Made by a program: the position numbers and the translations under genes | Source of the DNA: an uncultured Methanomicrobiales archaeon | GTDB taxonomy: Archaea; Halobacteriota; Methanomicrobia; Methanomicrobiales; Methanospirillaceae | Direction: 5' to 3' | DNA: 64,000 nt | Assembly (NCBI GenBank): GCA_963697895.1 | Contig: OY969100.1 | Span: 1,888,001 to 1,952,000 of the forward strand | Shown here: positions 41,967 through 53,390 of the stretch, piece after piece | How the letters are laid out: the number at the start of each line of letters is the position of its first letter | How positions within the stretch are numbered: position 1 is the stretch's first letter | Notes under the pieces: model-generated | Database searches by the model: none | Told to the model about the DNA's origin: nothing | Seen by the model: the letters and a program-made list of their open reading frames with translations, nothing else

Positions 41967-43237
41967 CAGTATCCCGTCCTGTACCGCAGGATCGCTGCGA
42001 TACCCCCGAAGGCCGATGCAAGGATCGAACCCTCCTCAAAGTCATCAGAGATGATCTGCACCCGTGTGCTTGTCTGGTCTGCGAGATTTGTTAGTTCCTC
42101 GATGATATCCACTTCTTCCTCGACAACGAGCGGAGCCGTGCAGATGCGGCACGTATTGGCAAGAATGTCCTTCACGGTCTTTCCCGGTTCGAGATGGATC
42201 GTCCGTTCTTCTGAATGTCCGCAGCTCTGGCACTTTATCCTAAGCCGTGACTTTCGCAGGGACGAAGAAAGAAGGAGCACATCGACGGATCCGAGGTCCA
42301 GGTTTTTCCTGATACTCTCCTCCCCATAGGCGGCAAGACCATTTTCCTTGACGAGTTCCTTCAGGAATCGGTTCATGATCTCCTTCTCTTTCATCACCTC
42401 GACACCTTTCAGGGCATCCTGTGCGGCGTCCACGAGTTCGGGAAGGCCGCTCTCATTGGTATAGGAGACATCAAAGAGGCCGATGATGCGCTGCTGTAGT
42501 TCGTGATGAAGGTATTTTCCGTCTGCGAACTCCTCCTTGGTCGGGCTCGGACCTCCGATCAGGACTCCCTTGAACCGCTCAAAAAAGTCCTTTTCGGCCA
42601 GAAAAACGGCACTCGCCCGCTCGCCCACCTTGGTATAGAATTCGTTTATCGCGATCTCGCGCAACCGCTGGAACCGAACGGCAGATTGTCCCCCTTTGCG
42701 TTGTTTTCCTGGAACCGTGGAATTTGCCCCGGCGATCGGCTCGATCCGGTTGCCACGGAGGAAACCCCAGTACGCCTCCCGCCGGTCAAGGACGAGGAGG
42801 CCGTAGACGTTCTTCTCCTCCAGCATCTCACGGAGTGGTTCGAGCTCGAAGATTGAACTGCACCGGTACATGTAGAGGTTCAGCGGTTCCGGCGGTTCTA
42901 TGATAGTGCATTCGAGGTCCGTGCGGTCTCCACCGAGGAGAATGGTTCCGCAGAAGATTGCCAGACCGTTTTCCGGGGGTTTTTTATAATATCTCAACCG
43001 GGCGAGGATCGAAGAGATAGCACTCTGTACATTCGTCCGGGTCTGTTTGCTCTTGATATTGGCGCACTGACCGAATTCGTCCCTTAACTGCCCTGTCACA
43101 TCATGAATCTGTTTGTCCGGGGGAATATAGATCGTGATGAGCTCTGTACCGCTCCCCTGCTTGGCCTCAAGCTTCTCGAGCGTTTTTTTGAACTCATACC
43201 GGCGTCTCCCTTCATCCATCTCTGTCGCTTCGGTCAT
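41966..43237 (-). CDS. prf1: Peptide chain release factor aRF1
   Basis: GTELIT, NIKS, YRC, GGQS motifs; internal Zn ribbon. Confidence 0.96.
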   Translation of the reverse strand: MTEATEMDEGRRRYEFKKTLEKLEAKQGSGTELITIYIPPDKQIHDVTGQLRDEFGQCANIKSKQTRTNVQSAISSILARLRYYKKPPENGLAIFCGTILLGGDRTDLECTIIEPPEPLNLYMYRCSSIFELEPLREMLEEKNVYGLLVLDRREAYWGFLRGNRIEPIAGANSTVPGKQRKGGQSAVRFQRLREIAINEFYTKVGERASAVFLAEKDFFERFKGVLIGGPSPTKEEFADGKYLHHELQQRIIGLFDVSYTNESGLPELVDAAQDALKGVEVMKEKEIMNRFLKELVKENGLAAYGEESIRKNLDLGSVDVLLLSSSLRKSRLRIKCQSCGHSEERTIHLEPGKTVKDILANTCRICTAPLVVEEEVDIIEELTNLADQTSTRVQIISDDFEEGSILASAFGGIAAILRYRTGY

Positions 43238-43276
43238 TCCCCGCATGCCCCGTAAAGAATTCAGTATATATTGATG

Positions 43277-44149
43277 CTATGTATCTTTAAAAGTGAGCAC
43301 TGTTTCCTGAATGATCCGGTCTGCACCCTCATTCATCCCATGAGTGCCATTGAACACAATGAACTGCTTCGGCTCTCCTGCCCGTCCGGCGAGCCGTTCT
43401 CCGTCTGCAAAGGGAATGATCGTGTCAGCAATCGCGTGGAGAACCCATACCGGTCGTGGAGAGATCCGGGATATCTCATATTCGGGATCGATGCTGTTCA
43501 GGAACCTGCTGGCATTTCCGGTATACTGCGATCCTGAAAGGTTAAAACCAGTGGTGGAGACTCCGATATAACCAGAAAATTCAGGATCCGCCGCAGCAGC
43601 AACCGCCGCGTACATCCCTCCCCGCGACTCGCCACAGGCAAAGACCGGGACCTGATAGCGATTCTGGATAAACCTCCTGCCTTCGCTCATATCAAGCGCC
43701 ACTGCATATGTCTGGGGCCATGCCCCTGCCAGAAACCGGTTGTAATCGGTCTGAATTGAATATGGATAACCCTCCGTTTTGCCGCCATTTCCTCTTACGT
43801 CCACAACAAGAAACGCAATGCCATGGGCGGCAAAATCGAGTGCACGAGCCTGGTGTCCTTCCGCCGGAACGCCCGCCCCTGGTGCGAATACAATTGCAGC
43901 CACCGGATCTTCAGGAGTGGCGAAGATCGCGTTCACCGGCGTGCCGAGATCATTCAATACGAGTTCTGAAAGGGTAATATTCCCCATTTCTGAATGTGAT
44001 TCTCCGGCAATGATCGGAGGAGACGCAACGATATGCAGATCCCCCGTTGAGCCGACCGTGTACGTGGGGGAATCTCCTGCCGTATGAAGACAGCCGGCAC
44101 CAGCTATTAAGCCGAGAACGAGTCCGGTCAGGAGGAGAAGACCCCTCAT
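43277..44149 (-). CDS. Alpha/beta hydrolase, predicted lipoprotein
   Basis: Signal with AGC lipobox, DVRGNG, GESRGG nucleophile elbow, HAIAD, GTH. Confidence 0.78.
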   Translation of the reverse strand: MRGLLLLTGLVLGLIAGAGCLHTAGDSPTYTVGSTGDLHIVASPPIIAGESHSEMGNITLSELVLNDLGTPVNAIFATPEDPVAAIVFAPGAGVPAEGHQARALDFAAHGIAFLVVDVRGNGGKTEGYPYSIQTDYNRFLAGAWPQTYAVALDMSEGRRFIQNRYQVPVFACGESRGGMYAAVAAAADPEFSGYIGVSTTGFNLSGSQYTGNASRFLNSIDPEYEISRISPRPVWVLHAIADTIIPFADGERLAGRAGEPKQFIVFNGTHGMNEGADRIIQETVLTFKDT

Positions 44150-44652
44150 CGGATCCCCTGCCGGGAACGGTGTACCAGGCATATGGTCTTTGCATCGCTG
44201 ATCCGGCCATCAGCAATCATCTCTTCCAGTTCCTCCCCGGAAAAACGTACCACTTCGATGACCTCGTCCTCATCAGGATGGAACGAGGATGACGGGGAGA
44301 GGCCGTAAGCCTCATACAGATAGATCCGTTCGTCGGTAAATCCCGGGGTTGTATATATGAAACCCCGGGGTTCGAAACGTTCGGCAGAGATTCCCGTCTC
44401 CTCGATGAGCTCACGCCGGGCGGTATCGAGGGCGGTTTCTCCCGGATCAACCGTCCCGGCAGGGACCTCGTAGATATATTCGCCGATCGAGAACCGGAAC
44501 TGGCGGATTAGATAATACGAGCCGTCCTTCCGGACCGGGAGTATGGCCACTGCATCTCCCGGATGCACCACGAGCCGTTCGACTTCTTTCCCGTTCGGGA
44601 GGAAAAACGAATTTCGTTCGATCACCAGGCGTTCCCCGTGGTAGATCTCCAT
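44146..44652 (-). CDS. NUDIX hydrolase (ADP-ribose pyrophosphatase-like)
   Basis: EVPAGTVDPGE...ARRELIEETG, PGFTDE, DAKT. Confidence 0.9.
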   Translation of the reverse strand: MEIYHGERLVIERNSFFLPNGKEVERLVVHPGDAVAILPVRKDGSYYLIRQFRFSIGEYIYEVPAGTVDPGETALDTARRELIEETGISAERFEPRGFIYTTPGFTDERIYLYEAYGLSPSSSFHPDEDEVIEVVRFSGEELEEMIADGRISDAKTICLVHRSRQGIR

Positions 44653-44654
44653 CC

Positions 44655-45323
44655 TTACTCTTCTCCGTACGGGATTGGATCTTCTATCCCCAGCTCGTGA
44701 AATGCAGCCCTCCGGAAGTGACAGGCACCACAACGGCCGCATGCCCGTGTTTCATTCTGGTAACAGGACCAGGTATGCTCATACGGAACATGAAGTCCCA
44801 TCCCCACCCGGAGAATATCGCTCTTTGTCATATGAATGAAAGGGGTGTTCAGCCGGATATGAGTGCCATCCCGTGTCCCGAGATCGATAACCTGCTGGAA
44901 TGCTTCGATGAAACGAGGTCGACAGTCCGGATATCCGCTGTAGTCCAGAGACTGGACCCCGATGAAGATCGCCTCTGCATCGCGGGCTTCGGCACAGCTG
45001 GTCGCTATGGAGAGCAGGTTTGCATTCCGGAACGGCACATAGGTGTTCGGAATGCAGACCCGTTCTTCGTCGAATTCCTCCACCCTCATGGAGTGGTCTG
45101 TCAGACTGCTTCCCCCGAAACGGGCCAGGTATGCCAGATCGACCTCAATGAACTCCTCGACTTCGAGGAGGGAGGCGATCTTCCGGGCGCATTCACGCTC
45201 CCGTTCTTCCGTCCGCTGCCCGTAGTTGAAATGGAGAGCCAACAGGGTATATCCTTCTTCCCGGGCAAGGTATGCAAGGGTGGCAGAGTCCATTCCTCCG
45301 GAGAGGAGGCACACCGCTTTCAT
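44655..45323 (-). CDS. queC: 7-cyano-7-deazaguanine synthase
   Basis: SGGMDS, YGQR, TYVPFRN, GYPDCR, TWSCY, CGRCGAC. Confidence 0.95.
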   Translation of the reverse strand: MKAVCLLSGGMDSATLAYLAREEGYTLLALHFNYGQRTEERERECARKIASLLEVEEFIEVDLAYLARFGGSSLTDHSMRVEEFDEERVCIPNTYVPFRNANLLSIATSCAEARDAEAIFIGVQSLDYSGYPDCRPRFIEAFQQVIDLGTRDGTHIRLNTPFIHMTKSDILRVGMGLHVPYEHTWSCYQNETRACGRCGACHFRRAAFHELGIEDPIPYGEE

Positions 45324-45931
45324 CAGCACACCCCTATCAGCCGGTGGAGCTGCAACTGCAGGCGAACGGGGAGGTCATTATCGATGACAATCTTGGCAAT
45401 TCTGTGATAATCGGATCCAAACACCGGGGAAATAAAGACCTCGCCCTGTATATGATTACCGGAGAGGATCTCCATTGCATACCGGCAGTCATGCTCATCT
45501 GCAACGACAAATTTTACCGAGTCTTTTTGCCTTATCTCGGAGAGAAGTGAAAGATCGCTCTGTTCGTGGGATGAAGGACACTTTACGTCCATACAGATAG
45601 AGGCAAATCGCTGAAAGGGACGAAAATCGAGAGAACCGTTCGTCTCGATATCGATCTCGTATCCGTACGTCATAAGTTGCTGGAGGAGAAGAAGGAGATC
45701 ATCGGCCTGGATCAGGGGTTCCCCTCCGGTTATACAGATATACCTCCCGCCGAGAGAACCTGTCCGTTCCAGCACTTCCTGAATGCTCCGGGATTCTCCA
45801 CCGGAAAGCGCAGCGGGGGTGTCACACCACGCACACCGGAGGTTGCAGCCGGAGAACCGGATAAAGGTACAGGGCCGACCCTGGTTTCTGCCTTCTCCCT
45901 GGATGCTCCGGAAAATTTCAGCGATCCGCAT
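45323..45931 (-). CDS. queE: 7-carboxy-7-deazaguanine synthase
   Basis: [29 protein letters not shown]. Confidence 0.93.
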   Translation of the reverse strand: MRIAEIFRSIQGEGRNQGRPCTFIRFSGCNLRCAWCDTPAALSGGESRSIQEVLERTGSLGGRYICITGGEPLIQADDLLLLLQQLMTYGYEIDIETNGSLDFRPFQRFASICMDVKCPSSHEQSDLSLLSEIRQKDSVKFVVADEHDCRYAMEILSGNHIQGEVFISPVFGSDYHRIAKIVIDNDLPVRLQLQLHRLIGVC

Positions 45932-46331
45932 AAGAACACTCTGCGTAACAGGTCGGGGATTCCCAGACGCGGACGAGGGTCACCTGAACATCCCTCCCGG
46001 TTCGTCTGCATTCCGTTTCGAGAAGATCCCGGATGATAGCTGCAAGCAGTTCGCTGGTCGGGTCCCCCGGGGTGGTACAGACACGGTGAAACTGTTCAAT
46101 ACAGGGTACCATCGGATCTGCCGCATTGAGGATGACCTGGTGGTCATACCGCTCTATGATAGACCGGATCATATTGTAATCGATCAATATCCCCGATTCC
46201 TCTCCTGTTTCACCCTCGATGCAGACCTCCACCTTCCAGCGATGGCCATGCAGGTGGGCGCATTTTCCTTGATAATGGAGCAGACGGTGACTTGCGTCGA
46301 ATGTGACCTCTTTGTAAATCCGGGACCTCAT
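45918..46331 (-). CDS. queD: 6-carboxytetrahydropterin synthase
   Basis: FDASHRL..GKC..LHGH, YDH..LN, PTSE, VWES. Confidence 0.92.
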   Translation of the reverse strand: MRSRIYKEVTFDASHRLLHYQGKCAHLHGHRWKVEVCIEGETGEESGILIDYNMIRSIIERYDHQVILNAADPMVPCIEQFHRVCTTPGDPTSELLAAIIRDLLETECRRTGRDVQVTLVRVWESPTCYAECSYADR

Positions 46332-46496
46332 TATAAAGCGTATGCCTGCGAATGATATAATATTATTATCAATGTGGTGTTATAGATACAGGCAGGCGTG
46401 AGTAATGGCACAATATATAAATTCCTTCCGCGCTTTTGTATATATCTCAGTGAGTCATATCTGCACGGGTAAAATCAACGTTTATGAGGGTATTCA

Positions 46497-46925
46497 ATGG
46501 GACAGGGTAAATTTGCAGCCAGAAAGCTGAAGCGCAACGCAAAAAAATTCCGCTGGAGTGATCCGACCTATGCACGCCGGCAGGACGGTCTGGACCTGAA
46601 ATCAGACCCGCTCGAAGGAGCACCGCAGGCACGGGGCATCGTCCTTGAAAAGATCGGGGTCGAAGCCAAACAGCCGAATTCGGCGATCCGGAAGTGTGTC
46701 CGTGTTCAGCTGATTAAAAACGGGCGACAGGTGACCGCTTTCGCCGTGGGTGACGGAGCGATCAATTTCATCGATGAGCATGACGAGGTCGAGATCGAGG
46801 GAATCGGCGGACGATTGGGGAGATCCATGGGGGATATCCCCGGTGTCCGGTATGTCGTGACCAAAGTGAACAACGTATGCCTCCATGAGATGGTCATCGG
46901 GCGGAAGGAGAAACCACGCAGGTGA
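46497..46925 (+). CDS. rps12: 30S ribosomal protein S12 (uS12)
   Basis: [26 protein letters not shown]. Confidence 0.97.
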   Translation: MGQGKFAARKLKRNAKKFRWSDPTYARRQDGLDLKSDPLEGAPQARGIVLEKIGVEAKQPNSAIRKCVRVQLIKNGRQVTAFAVGDGAINFIDEHDEVEIEGIGGRLGRSMGDIPGVRYVVTKVNNVCLHEMVIGRKEKPRR

Positions 46926-46930
46926 TCGGA

Positions 46931-47533
46931 ATGACCGAAACTGTAGCAAAGGAATCCGGGGAAAAGACCCCGAAAGGACTTCTCTTCAACCAGTGGGATA
47001 TGAGCGAAGTCCAGATCAATGACCCGAGTCTCGTGCGGTACATTAATCTCCATTCCATGATAGTTCCGCACTCCTGTGGAAAATTTACCCGTCAGGAATT
47101 CAATAAAGCCAATATGCTCATCGTGGAACGCCTGATCAACCGGTTGATGAAATCGGAGATGAATACGGGAAATAAGCAGCTGGCAATCAGGATCGTGAAG
47201 GACGCGTTCGATATCATCTACAAGAAGACCAAAAAGAATCCGGTGCAGGTGCTCGTCGACGCAATCGCCCAGACAGGTCCCCGGGAGGAGACCGTCCGGT
47301 TGAAGTACGGGGGTATCAACGTCCCGAAATCGGTCGATACCGCTCCCCTCCGCCGGGTGAATACCGCTTTGTTCTTTATATCCGAGGCGGTGCAGAAAGC
47401 CTCTCACAAGACGAAGAAACCGGTCAGTGCATGCCTCGCGGATGAACTGATCGCTGCGTCCAAGGGTGATGTGAAGACCTACTCCGTGAATAAGAAGGAA
47501 GAACGAGAGCGTATTGCAAAATCCGCTCGATAA
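46931..47533 (+). CDS. rps7: 30S ribosomal protein S7 (uS7)
   Basis: IVERLINRLM, NPVQVL, PREE, KEERERIAKSAR. Confidence 0.97.
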   Translation: MTETVAKESGEKTPKGLLFNQWDMSEVQINDPSLVRYINLHSMIVPHSCGKFTRQEFNKANMLIVERLINRLMKSEMNTGNKQLAIRIVKDAFDIIYKKTKKNPVQVLVDAIAQTGPREETVRLKYGGINVPKSVDTAPLRRVNTALFFISEAVQKASHKTKKPVSACLADELIAASKGDVKTYSVNKKEERERIAKSAR

Positions 47534-47566
47534 ATCTGGAAATCTATCTTTTTTATGGTGTTTTAA

Positions 47567-49759
47567 ATGGCTCGTGGCAAAAAAATGGTTGAGCGTGTAA
47601 CAGAGCTCATGAATGAACCGGTACATATCCGGAATATCGGAATTGTAGCGCATATCGACCATGGAAAGACAACCCTCTCCGACAACCTCCTGGCAGGCGC
47701 CGGTATCATCAGCGAGGAACTTGCCGGCAGGCAGCTCTTCATGGATTCGGACGAGGAAGAGCAGGCGCGGGGAATCACCATCGATGCCAGCAACGTCTCG
47801 ATGGTCCACGAATATGAAGCACAGGAGTATCTGGTCAACATGATCGACACTCCGGGGCACGTGGACTTCGGGGGAGACGTCACCCGTGCGATGCGAGCGG
47901 TCGATGGAGCACTCGTGTTGGTCGACGCGGTCGAAGGAACCATGCCACAGACCGAGACGGTGCTGAGGCAGGCATTAAAGGAGCAGGTCCGCCCGATCCT
48001 CTTCATAAACAAGGTTGACCGGTTGATCAACGAGCTCAAAGTGGACGAGATGGAGATGCAGATCCGGCTCGGTAAGGTGATCGACAAGGTGAACAAGCTG
48101 ATCAAGGGGATGAACGAGGAGCGCTACAACAATGGCTGGAAGCTGGATGCAACACAGGGAACGGTTGCGTTCGGGTCCGCCCTCTATAACTGGGCGGTCT
48201 CTGTCCCCTATATGAAGAAGAGCGGAGTCTCGTTCAAGGAAGTCTATGACCGGTGCCGGGAAGGGGATATGAAGACACTCGCAAAAAAGAGCCCGCTCTG
48301 CGACGTCGTGCTTGATATGGTAGTCAGACACCTGCCAAACCCGGTCGAAGCGCAGAAACGCCGAATCGGGGCGATCTGGCATGGCGATGTGGAAAGTCCG
48401 GAAGGGAAAGCGATGATCCACTGTGATCCGAACGGTCCGGTCACCCTGATGGTCACGGATATATCGTTCGATCCGCATGCCGGAGAAGTGGCAACGGGGC
48501 GACTATTCTCCGGAAAATTGAAACGGGGTCAGGAACTCTTTGTCATGGGGACGGCAAAGAAAGGAAACCGGCTCCAGCAGGTCGGTATCTTTATGGGGCC
48601 GACCCGGGTGGAAGTCGAGGAGCTCTTTGCAGGAAATATCGCGGCGGTTACCGGCCTCAGAGACGCAGCAGTAGGGTCAACCGTTACATCGCTTCAGGAC
48701 ATGACTCCCTTCGAGTCTCTGAAACACTACAGCGAGCCGGTGATGACCGTCGCCGTCGAGGCAAAGAACATGAAGGACCTGCCGAAACTGGTGGAAGTGC
48801 TCAGGCAGGTAGCGAAGGAAGACCCGACTCTTGTGGTGACCATCAACGAGGAGACAGGCGAGCACCTCATAAGCGGCATGGGTGAGCTGCATCTTGAGAT
48901 CATCACCGGCCGTATCAAGCGGGACAAGGGTGTCGAGATCGTCACCTCTGAACCGATCGTGGTGTACCGGGAAACGGCGGTACAGAAGGCAGGACCGGTG
49001 GAAGGGAAGTCACCAAACCGCCATAACCGCTTTTATGTCGAGCTTGAACCGATGCCGGATGCGGTTGTTGAACTGATCAAGAACGGAGGGGTCTCCATGA
49101 ACATGACCGCGCTCGAGAGGAGGGATACACTCACGGGAGCCGGAATGGATAAGGAAGAGGCGAAGGCGGTCAAGGACATCTATGGGACGAACATGTTCCT
49201 CGATATGACGAAAGGTATCCAGTACCTGAATGAGACGATGGAACTGATACTGGAGGGTGTTCATGAAGCACTGGCAGGCGGACCTCTCGCCGACGAACCG
49301 GTCCAGAACCTGAAGATCCGGCTCGTGGATGTAAAGCTGCATGAGGATGCGATCCACCGCGGTCCGGCTCAGGTGATCCCGGCGGTCAGAAGTGCGGTAA
49401 AGGCCGGACTGCTCATCGCAGGCGATTCCCTTCTCGAACCGATCCAGAAGATCCAGATCACGGTCCCGACCGAGCAGATGGGGAGTGCCACTTCACAGAT
49501 CCAAGGCCGTCGCGGGCAGGTCTTTGATATGCAGAGCGAAGGTGACACGATCACGGTTATCGGAAAGGCACCGGTGGCAGAGCTCTTCGGGTTTGCCGGG
49601 GATATCCGTTCTGCAACAGAAGGACGTGCAATGTGGAGCACGGAGTTCGCAGGATTCGAGCTGGTGCCGAACAATCTGGTAAAGGAAGTGGTGATGGCAA
49701 TCCGCAAACGAAAGGGTCTGAAGGAGCAGATACCCCAGCCGTCGGATTACCTCGCGTAA
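47567..49759 (+). CDS. fusA: Elongation factor EF-2
   Basis: [26 protein letters not shown], diphthamide loop HEDAIHRG. Confidence 0.97.
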   Translation: MARGKKMVERVTELMNEPVHIRNIGIVAHIDHGKTTLSDNLLAGAGIISEELAGRQLFMDSDEEEQARGITIDASNVSMVHEYEAQEYLVNMIDTPGHVDFGGDVTRAMRAVDGALVLVDAVEGTMPQTETVLRQALKEQVRPILFINKVDRLINELKVDEMEMQIRLGKVIDKVNKLIKGMNEERYNNGWKLDATQGTVAFGSALYNWAVSVPYMKKSGVSFKEVYDRCREGDMKTLAKKSPLCDVVLDMVVRHLPNPVEAQKRRIGAIWHGDVESPEGKAMIHCDPNGPVTLMVTDISFDPHAGEVATGRLFSGKLKRGQELFVMGTAKKGNRLQQVGIFMGPTRVEVEELFAGNIAAVTGLRDAAVGSTVTSLQDMTPFESLKHYSEPVMTVAVEAKNMKDLPKLVEVLRQVAKEDPTLVVTINEETGEHLISGMGELHLEIITGRIKRDKGVEIVTSEPIVVYRETAVQKAGPVEGKSPNRHNRFYVELEPMPDAVVELIKNGGVSMNMTALERRDTLTGAGMDKEEAKAVKDIYGTNMFLDMTKGIQYLNETMELILEGVHEALAGGPLADEPVQNLKIRLVDVKLHEDAIHRGPAQVIPAVRSAVKAGLLIAGDSLLEPIQKIQITVPTEQMGSATSQIQGRRGQVFDMQSEGDTITVIGKAPVAELFGFAGDIRSATEGRAMWSTEFAGFELVPNNLVKEVVMAIRKRKGLKEQIPQPSDYLA

Positions 49760-49873
49760 TTTGATTCCCAGACGAATAAACGGAAGACGCCATCGGAAAT
49801 CAACTTATCGCCCCGTATTTTTTTGAATTTTCAAAAAACAAAAAATGAAATAATCCCTCGCAAATTTTTCCGA

Positions 49874-50353
49874 TCAGGCTATCGTGGCATGGAGGATCTG
49901 TACCGGTTCCCGCGGGCGATCGGCGGCATCTGTTCTGACTTTTGCGATGAGGTCGACGATCTCCATTCCCTCAACCACCTTTCCGAAGACCGGGTGCATC
50001 CTGTCCAGATGGCTGTTGTTCACGAGATTTATGAAGAACTGGCTGCCACCGGTATTCGGGCCGGCATTTGCCATGGCAATCGTTCCTCTCGCGTTGTGGT
50101 TTTTCCCGGAAAACTCATCGGGAATCATATATCCAGGACCTCCGCGGCCGGTCCCGGTCGGATCCCCGCCCTGGATCATGAATCCGGGGATAACCCGGTG
50201 GAAGATCACCCCATTATAAAAACCCTTTCTTACGAGCTTTTCAAAATTACCCGCTGTGACCGGCATATCTGGAAAGAGCTCGATGACGATCGTGCCAAGG
50301 TTGGTATCGAACCGCACCCGTTTGGCCCCTGGAAGTTCTTTATCCGCAGGCAT
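49874..50353 (-). CDS. Cyclophilin-type peptidyl-prolyl isomerase
   Basis: FHRVIPGFMIQGGD, MANAGPNTGGSQFF, HPVFG. Confidence 0.94.
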   Translation of the reverse strand: MPADKELPGAKRVRFDTNLGTIVIELFPDMPVTAGNFEKLVRKGFYNGVIFHRVIPGFMIQGGDPTGTGRGGPGYMIPDEFSGKNHNARGTIAMANAGPNTGGSQFFINLVNNSHLDRMHPVFGKVVEGMEIVDLIAKVRTDAADRPREPVQILHATIA

Positions 50354-50531
50354 ACTATTCTATTCCTTTCGGGGGGAATTAATACATTGGAAATATGAAA
50401 TCCGGATGTCGGTTATGGAGAAACAAATGGTCCAAAAACAGAAAAGAGGAGATCGATGGGATTGAGTAAAAATATATTTTCCTCTGCCGTTTTCCCGGCT
50501 GCGGGGAACAGGAGAAGTATGGCAGAATACC

Positions 50532-51712
50532 ATGGATGACAGGATCGTTTCTCTGGTGCGGTGCACGGAATATCAGGCTGAAGAAGTTCGCCGGTCGGTG
50601 CGGGATGCAATCGACCTGATCGGCGGGATAAAACGTTTTATCTCCCCGGGAGATCGTGTCCTCCTCAAACCCAATCTCCTCCAGGGCCTCTCACCGGACC
50701 ACTGTGTCACCACGCACCCTCTTGTGGTCTCCGCGGTCGCAGCGCTGCTCAGGGACTACGACTGTGAGGTGGTGATCGGAGACAGTCCCGGGGGGGAATC
50801 CTCTACAATCCGGCAAGTCTCGAACGGACGTACCGGCAGGCAGGATACGATATAATTGCGAAAGAACCCGGAATCCGGCTGAATATGGATACGTCCTGGA
50901 CTGCCACCGCCAATCCGGCGGGGGTTCTGGTAAAACGATTTCCGATTATTAATCCCGTGCTTGTAGCGGACCGGGTCATCGTTATTTCAAAGGCAAAGAC
51001 CCACCTGTGGACCCTCATGAGCGGAGCCGGAAAGAACCTCTTCGGGGTTATCCCCGGCCTGGAGAAACCGGCTTTCCATTCCCGTTTCCGGGATGACGCA
51101 ACCTTTTCACAAATGCTCCTTGACCTGAACGGGCTGATACGTCCATCGCTCCAAGTTATGGATGCGATCGTGGGAATGGAAGGAAACGGCCCTCTCTCCG
51201 GCATACCAAGGAAGATCGGTGCGATCTGTGCAAGCCCCTCGTATCTGGCGATGGACTTTGTTCTCGCACGGCTGATAGGGATTGAACCGTCTGAAGTCCC
51301 TTTTATCCGGGTTGCGATGGAAAATGGACTCTATCCCGGGAATACCCGTTGCATCAAGACGATAGGAGAAGAGCTGGAGGATCTGATCGTCCCCGATTAC
51401 CGGAAGCCTTCGACATATCTTGGTACCGGAAAGGGTATTCGGAAAAATGCCGCGCTTGCGCTCGTCCAACGGGCAGGAAAAGTCTATTCCCTCCGTCCAT
51501 CCGTGATATCCGCCCGATGTTCCCGATGTGGCAAATGTACCATGATCTGTCCTGTGCAGGCGATCGCCCTTGGGGGGAAGGGAGCCATTATCGACCCGGG
51601 CCGATGCATTCGTTGCTATTGCTGCCACGAGATGTGCACGGAGGGGGCAATCGAACTGAAACGCGGTGTTGCCGGTAAGATCATTGCCCGCTGTTTCGGG
51701 ATGGATGAATAA
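50532..51712 (+). CDS. DUF362 protein with C-terminal 2x[4Fe-4S] ferredoxin, frameshift in the G run near 50790-50796
   Basis: LLKPNL..TTHP..IGDSPG joins ...KAKTH..KNLFG, DAIVGMEGNGP; CSRCGKC..CP, CIRCYCCHEMC. Confidence 0.85.
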
Positions 51713-51989
51713 GGGACAATGCAAATATCCTCACGGATACTTGCCCATATGAGTGATTTGAATTCGGGTAGGAAGTCCCCGGGTTCACGGTAACGAGAGA
51801 AAGAAGGGGATAAGGAAGGGTTACGGATCCCTTTCCGTGTACGAGACCCTCTGGCACTGATGAAACTAAAGGTGGACCCGATTATGGCATCCTCATTTGC
51901 CACTCGCATGGAAATGGAAACCACAATCTGCCATTGAACTTTCTGTTCCATTTCGAAAGACTCAACTGAAGCGGGGTCGAAGATGGTTC

Positions 51990-52499
51990 ATGCCAGGAGG
52001 CAGACTGAAGATCGTGGTCTTCGGATCATTCAATGCAGGAAAGTCTACGTTCATTCAGACACTGGACCCGGAATCTCATCACGTCGAGGCGGACATTGTT
52101 GGTGGCACAACAACGATCGCGATCGATTTCGGCCGGGTCCGAATAGGGGAGCGCCTTATATACCTTTTTGGAACACCCGGCCAGGACCGCTTCGAGTTTG
52201 TCCGCGAGATCGTTTCACGGGGTATGGACGGTGCAATCGTCATGATCGATGCAACCGCTGCACCCGACTCTTTCACCGGGCAGATCTGCCAGACACTCCG
52301 GGAAGAAAAAATACCCCGCATCATTCTCCTGAACAAATGCGACTGTGATGAGGCGAGACCTGAGCAGATCCGGATTTCAGTTGGCCCTGAGGATATCCTG
52401 TGCATATCCGCGCTTTCCCATGAAGAGGCCTCTCTTGCCCTGGAGCACCTGGTCGCATCGATTCCATTCCGGCATGGAATATGCGAATCCCCAACATGA
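51990..52499 (+). CDS. Small GTPase (MglA / ATP_bind_1-like)
   Basis: GSFNAGKST, TTIAIDFG, FGTPGQDRF, NKCD, SA. Confidence 0.87.
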   Translation: MPGGRLKIVVFGSFNAGKSTFIQTLDPESHHVEADIVGGTTTIAIDFGRVRIGERLIYLFGTPGQDRFEFVREIVSRGMDGAIVMIDATAAPDSFTGQICQTLREEKIPRIILLNKCDCDEARPEQIRISVGPEDILCISALSHEEASLALEHLVASIPFRHGICESPT

Positions 52500-52694
52500 C
52501 TTCATGGTCTGTGTTTTCGGGAACAAAAGGGCAATCCCCGATTTTAAAGGTTTTTTTTACAGTTGGATTCCAAAAAAAATTAAAATTCCCTGCTTTCCCT
52601 TTCTCGAAAGAACGGAGGTATCTCGCATCGATTCAGATGTGATAGATATTTCATGTCAGATCCGTATACCGGGAATAATTCTATCAGTTTGCTT

Positions 52695-53204
52695 TCAGTT
52701 TACCGGACCGATCTTCTTCGTGAGCGCGGCGGCCCACTCTCTTATCTCCTCCCAGTCCCGGTAATCCCCCGGTTTCACCCCTCCGAGGGTGATGATCGAA
52801 CGGTCGGCCATCGTCATCACATCCGGCACCACCCGGCCCGCAAAGAGTGCCGTATCGATCAATTCCACAAATAGTCTTATACTGTCTATTGCCCGGTCTG
52901 CATTGCGCAGATGTTCTTCCAGCCTGTCTTTTAGTGAGTAACCCACCGCAAACGCGGCCACCTGCCGATGTGAAAGGGCAATTTGATGATCCTTTACGAA
53001 CTGTATCGCCTCAGGCAGCCATTTTCCCATGTAGATCGGACTCCCGATGATGACACTGGTATATTGCTTCAGGGAACTTACTTCCGACACCGGAACTACA
53101 TCCAGCTGCAGACCCGCAGCCCGTAACGTCTCACCGATGACCTGCCCGATCTCCGCGGTCGATCCGTATCGGGATGCATAGCAGACCAGCACTCGACCCT
53201 TCAC
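52695..53204 (-). CDS. Flavodoxin-domain protein (HemG-like)
   Basis: YASRYGSTAEI, GSPIYMGKW, FAGR, GDYRDWEEIREWA. Confidence 0.85.
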   Translation of the reverse strand: MKGRVLVCYASRYGSTAEIGQVIGETLRAAGLQLDVVPVSEVSSLKQYTSVIIGSPIYMGKWLPEAIQFVKDHQIALSHRQVAAFAVGYSLKDRLEEHLRNADRAIDSIRLFVELIDTALFAGRVVPDVMTMADRSIITLGGVKPGDYRDWEEIREWAAALTKKIGPVN

Positions 53205-53390
53205 ATTCTTTCCTCATCACTATTCTTCATTCACGGTTTAAAATTCCGACTGTAATACTGAATTCCGGATTAAAGAATATGAACGATGAATAGATCTAAA
53301 GATTGAAATAAACCGGTTAACAATCGGTTATTCAGTGTATGTTGAAGGTTCGGACATACGTCCGATTCTTCACGGAGAGATGAAAGAACC

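Noticed and set aside
44655-46331. queDEC as part of a dpd DNA-modification defence island
   Set aside because: No dpdA/tgt-like or other dpd genes nearby; archaeosine synthesis explains it
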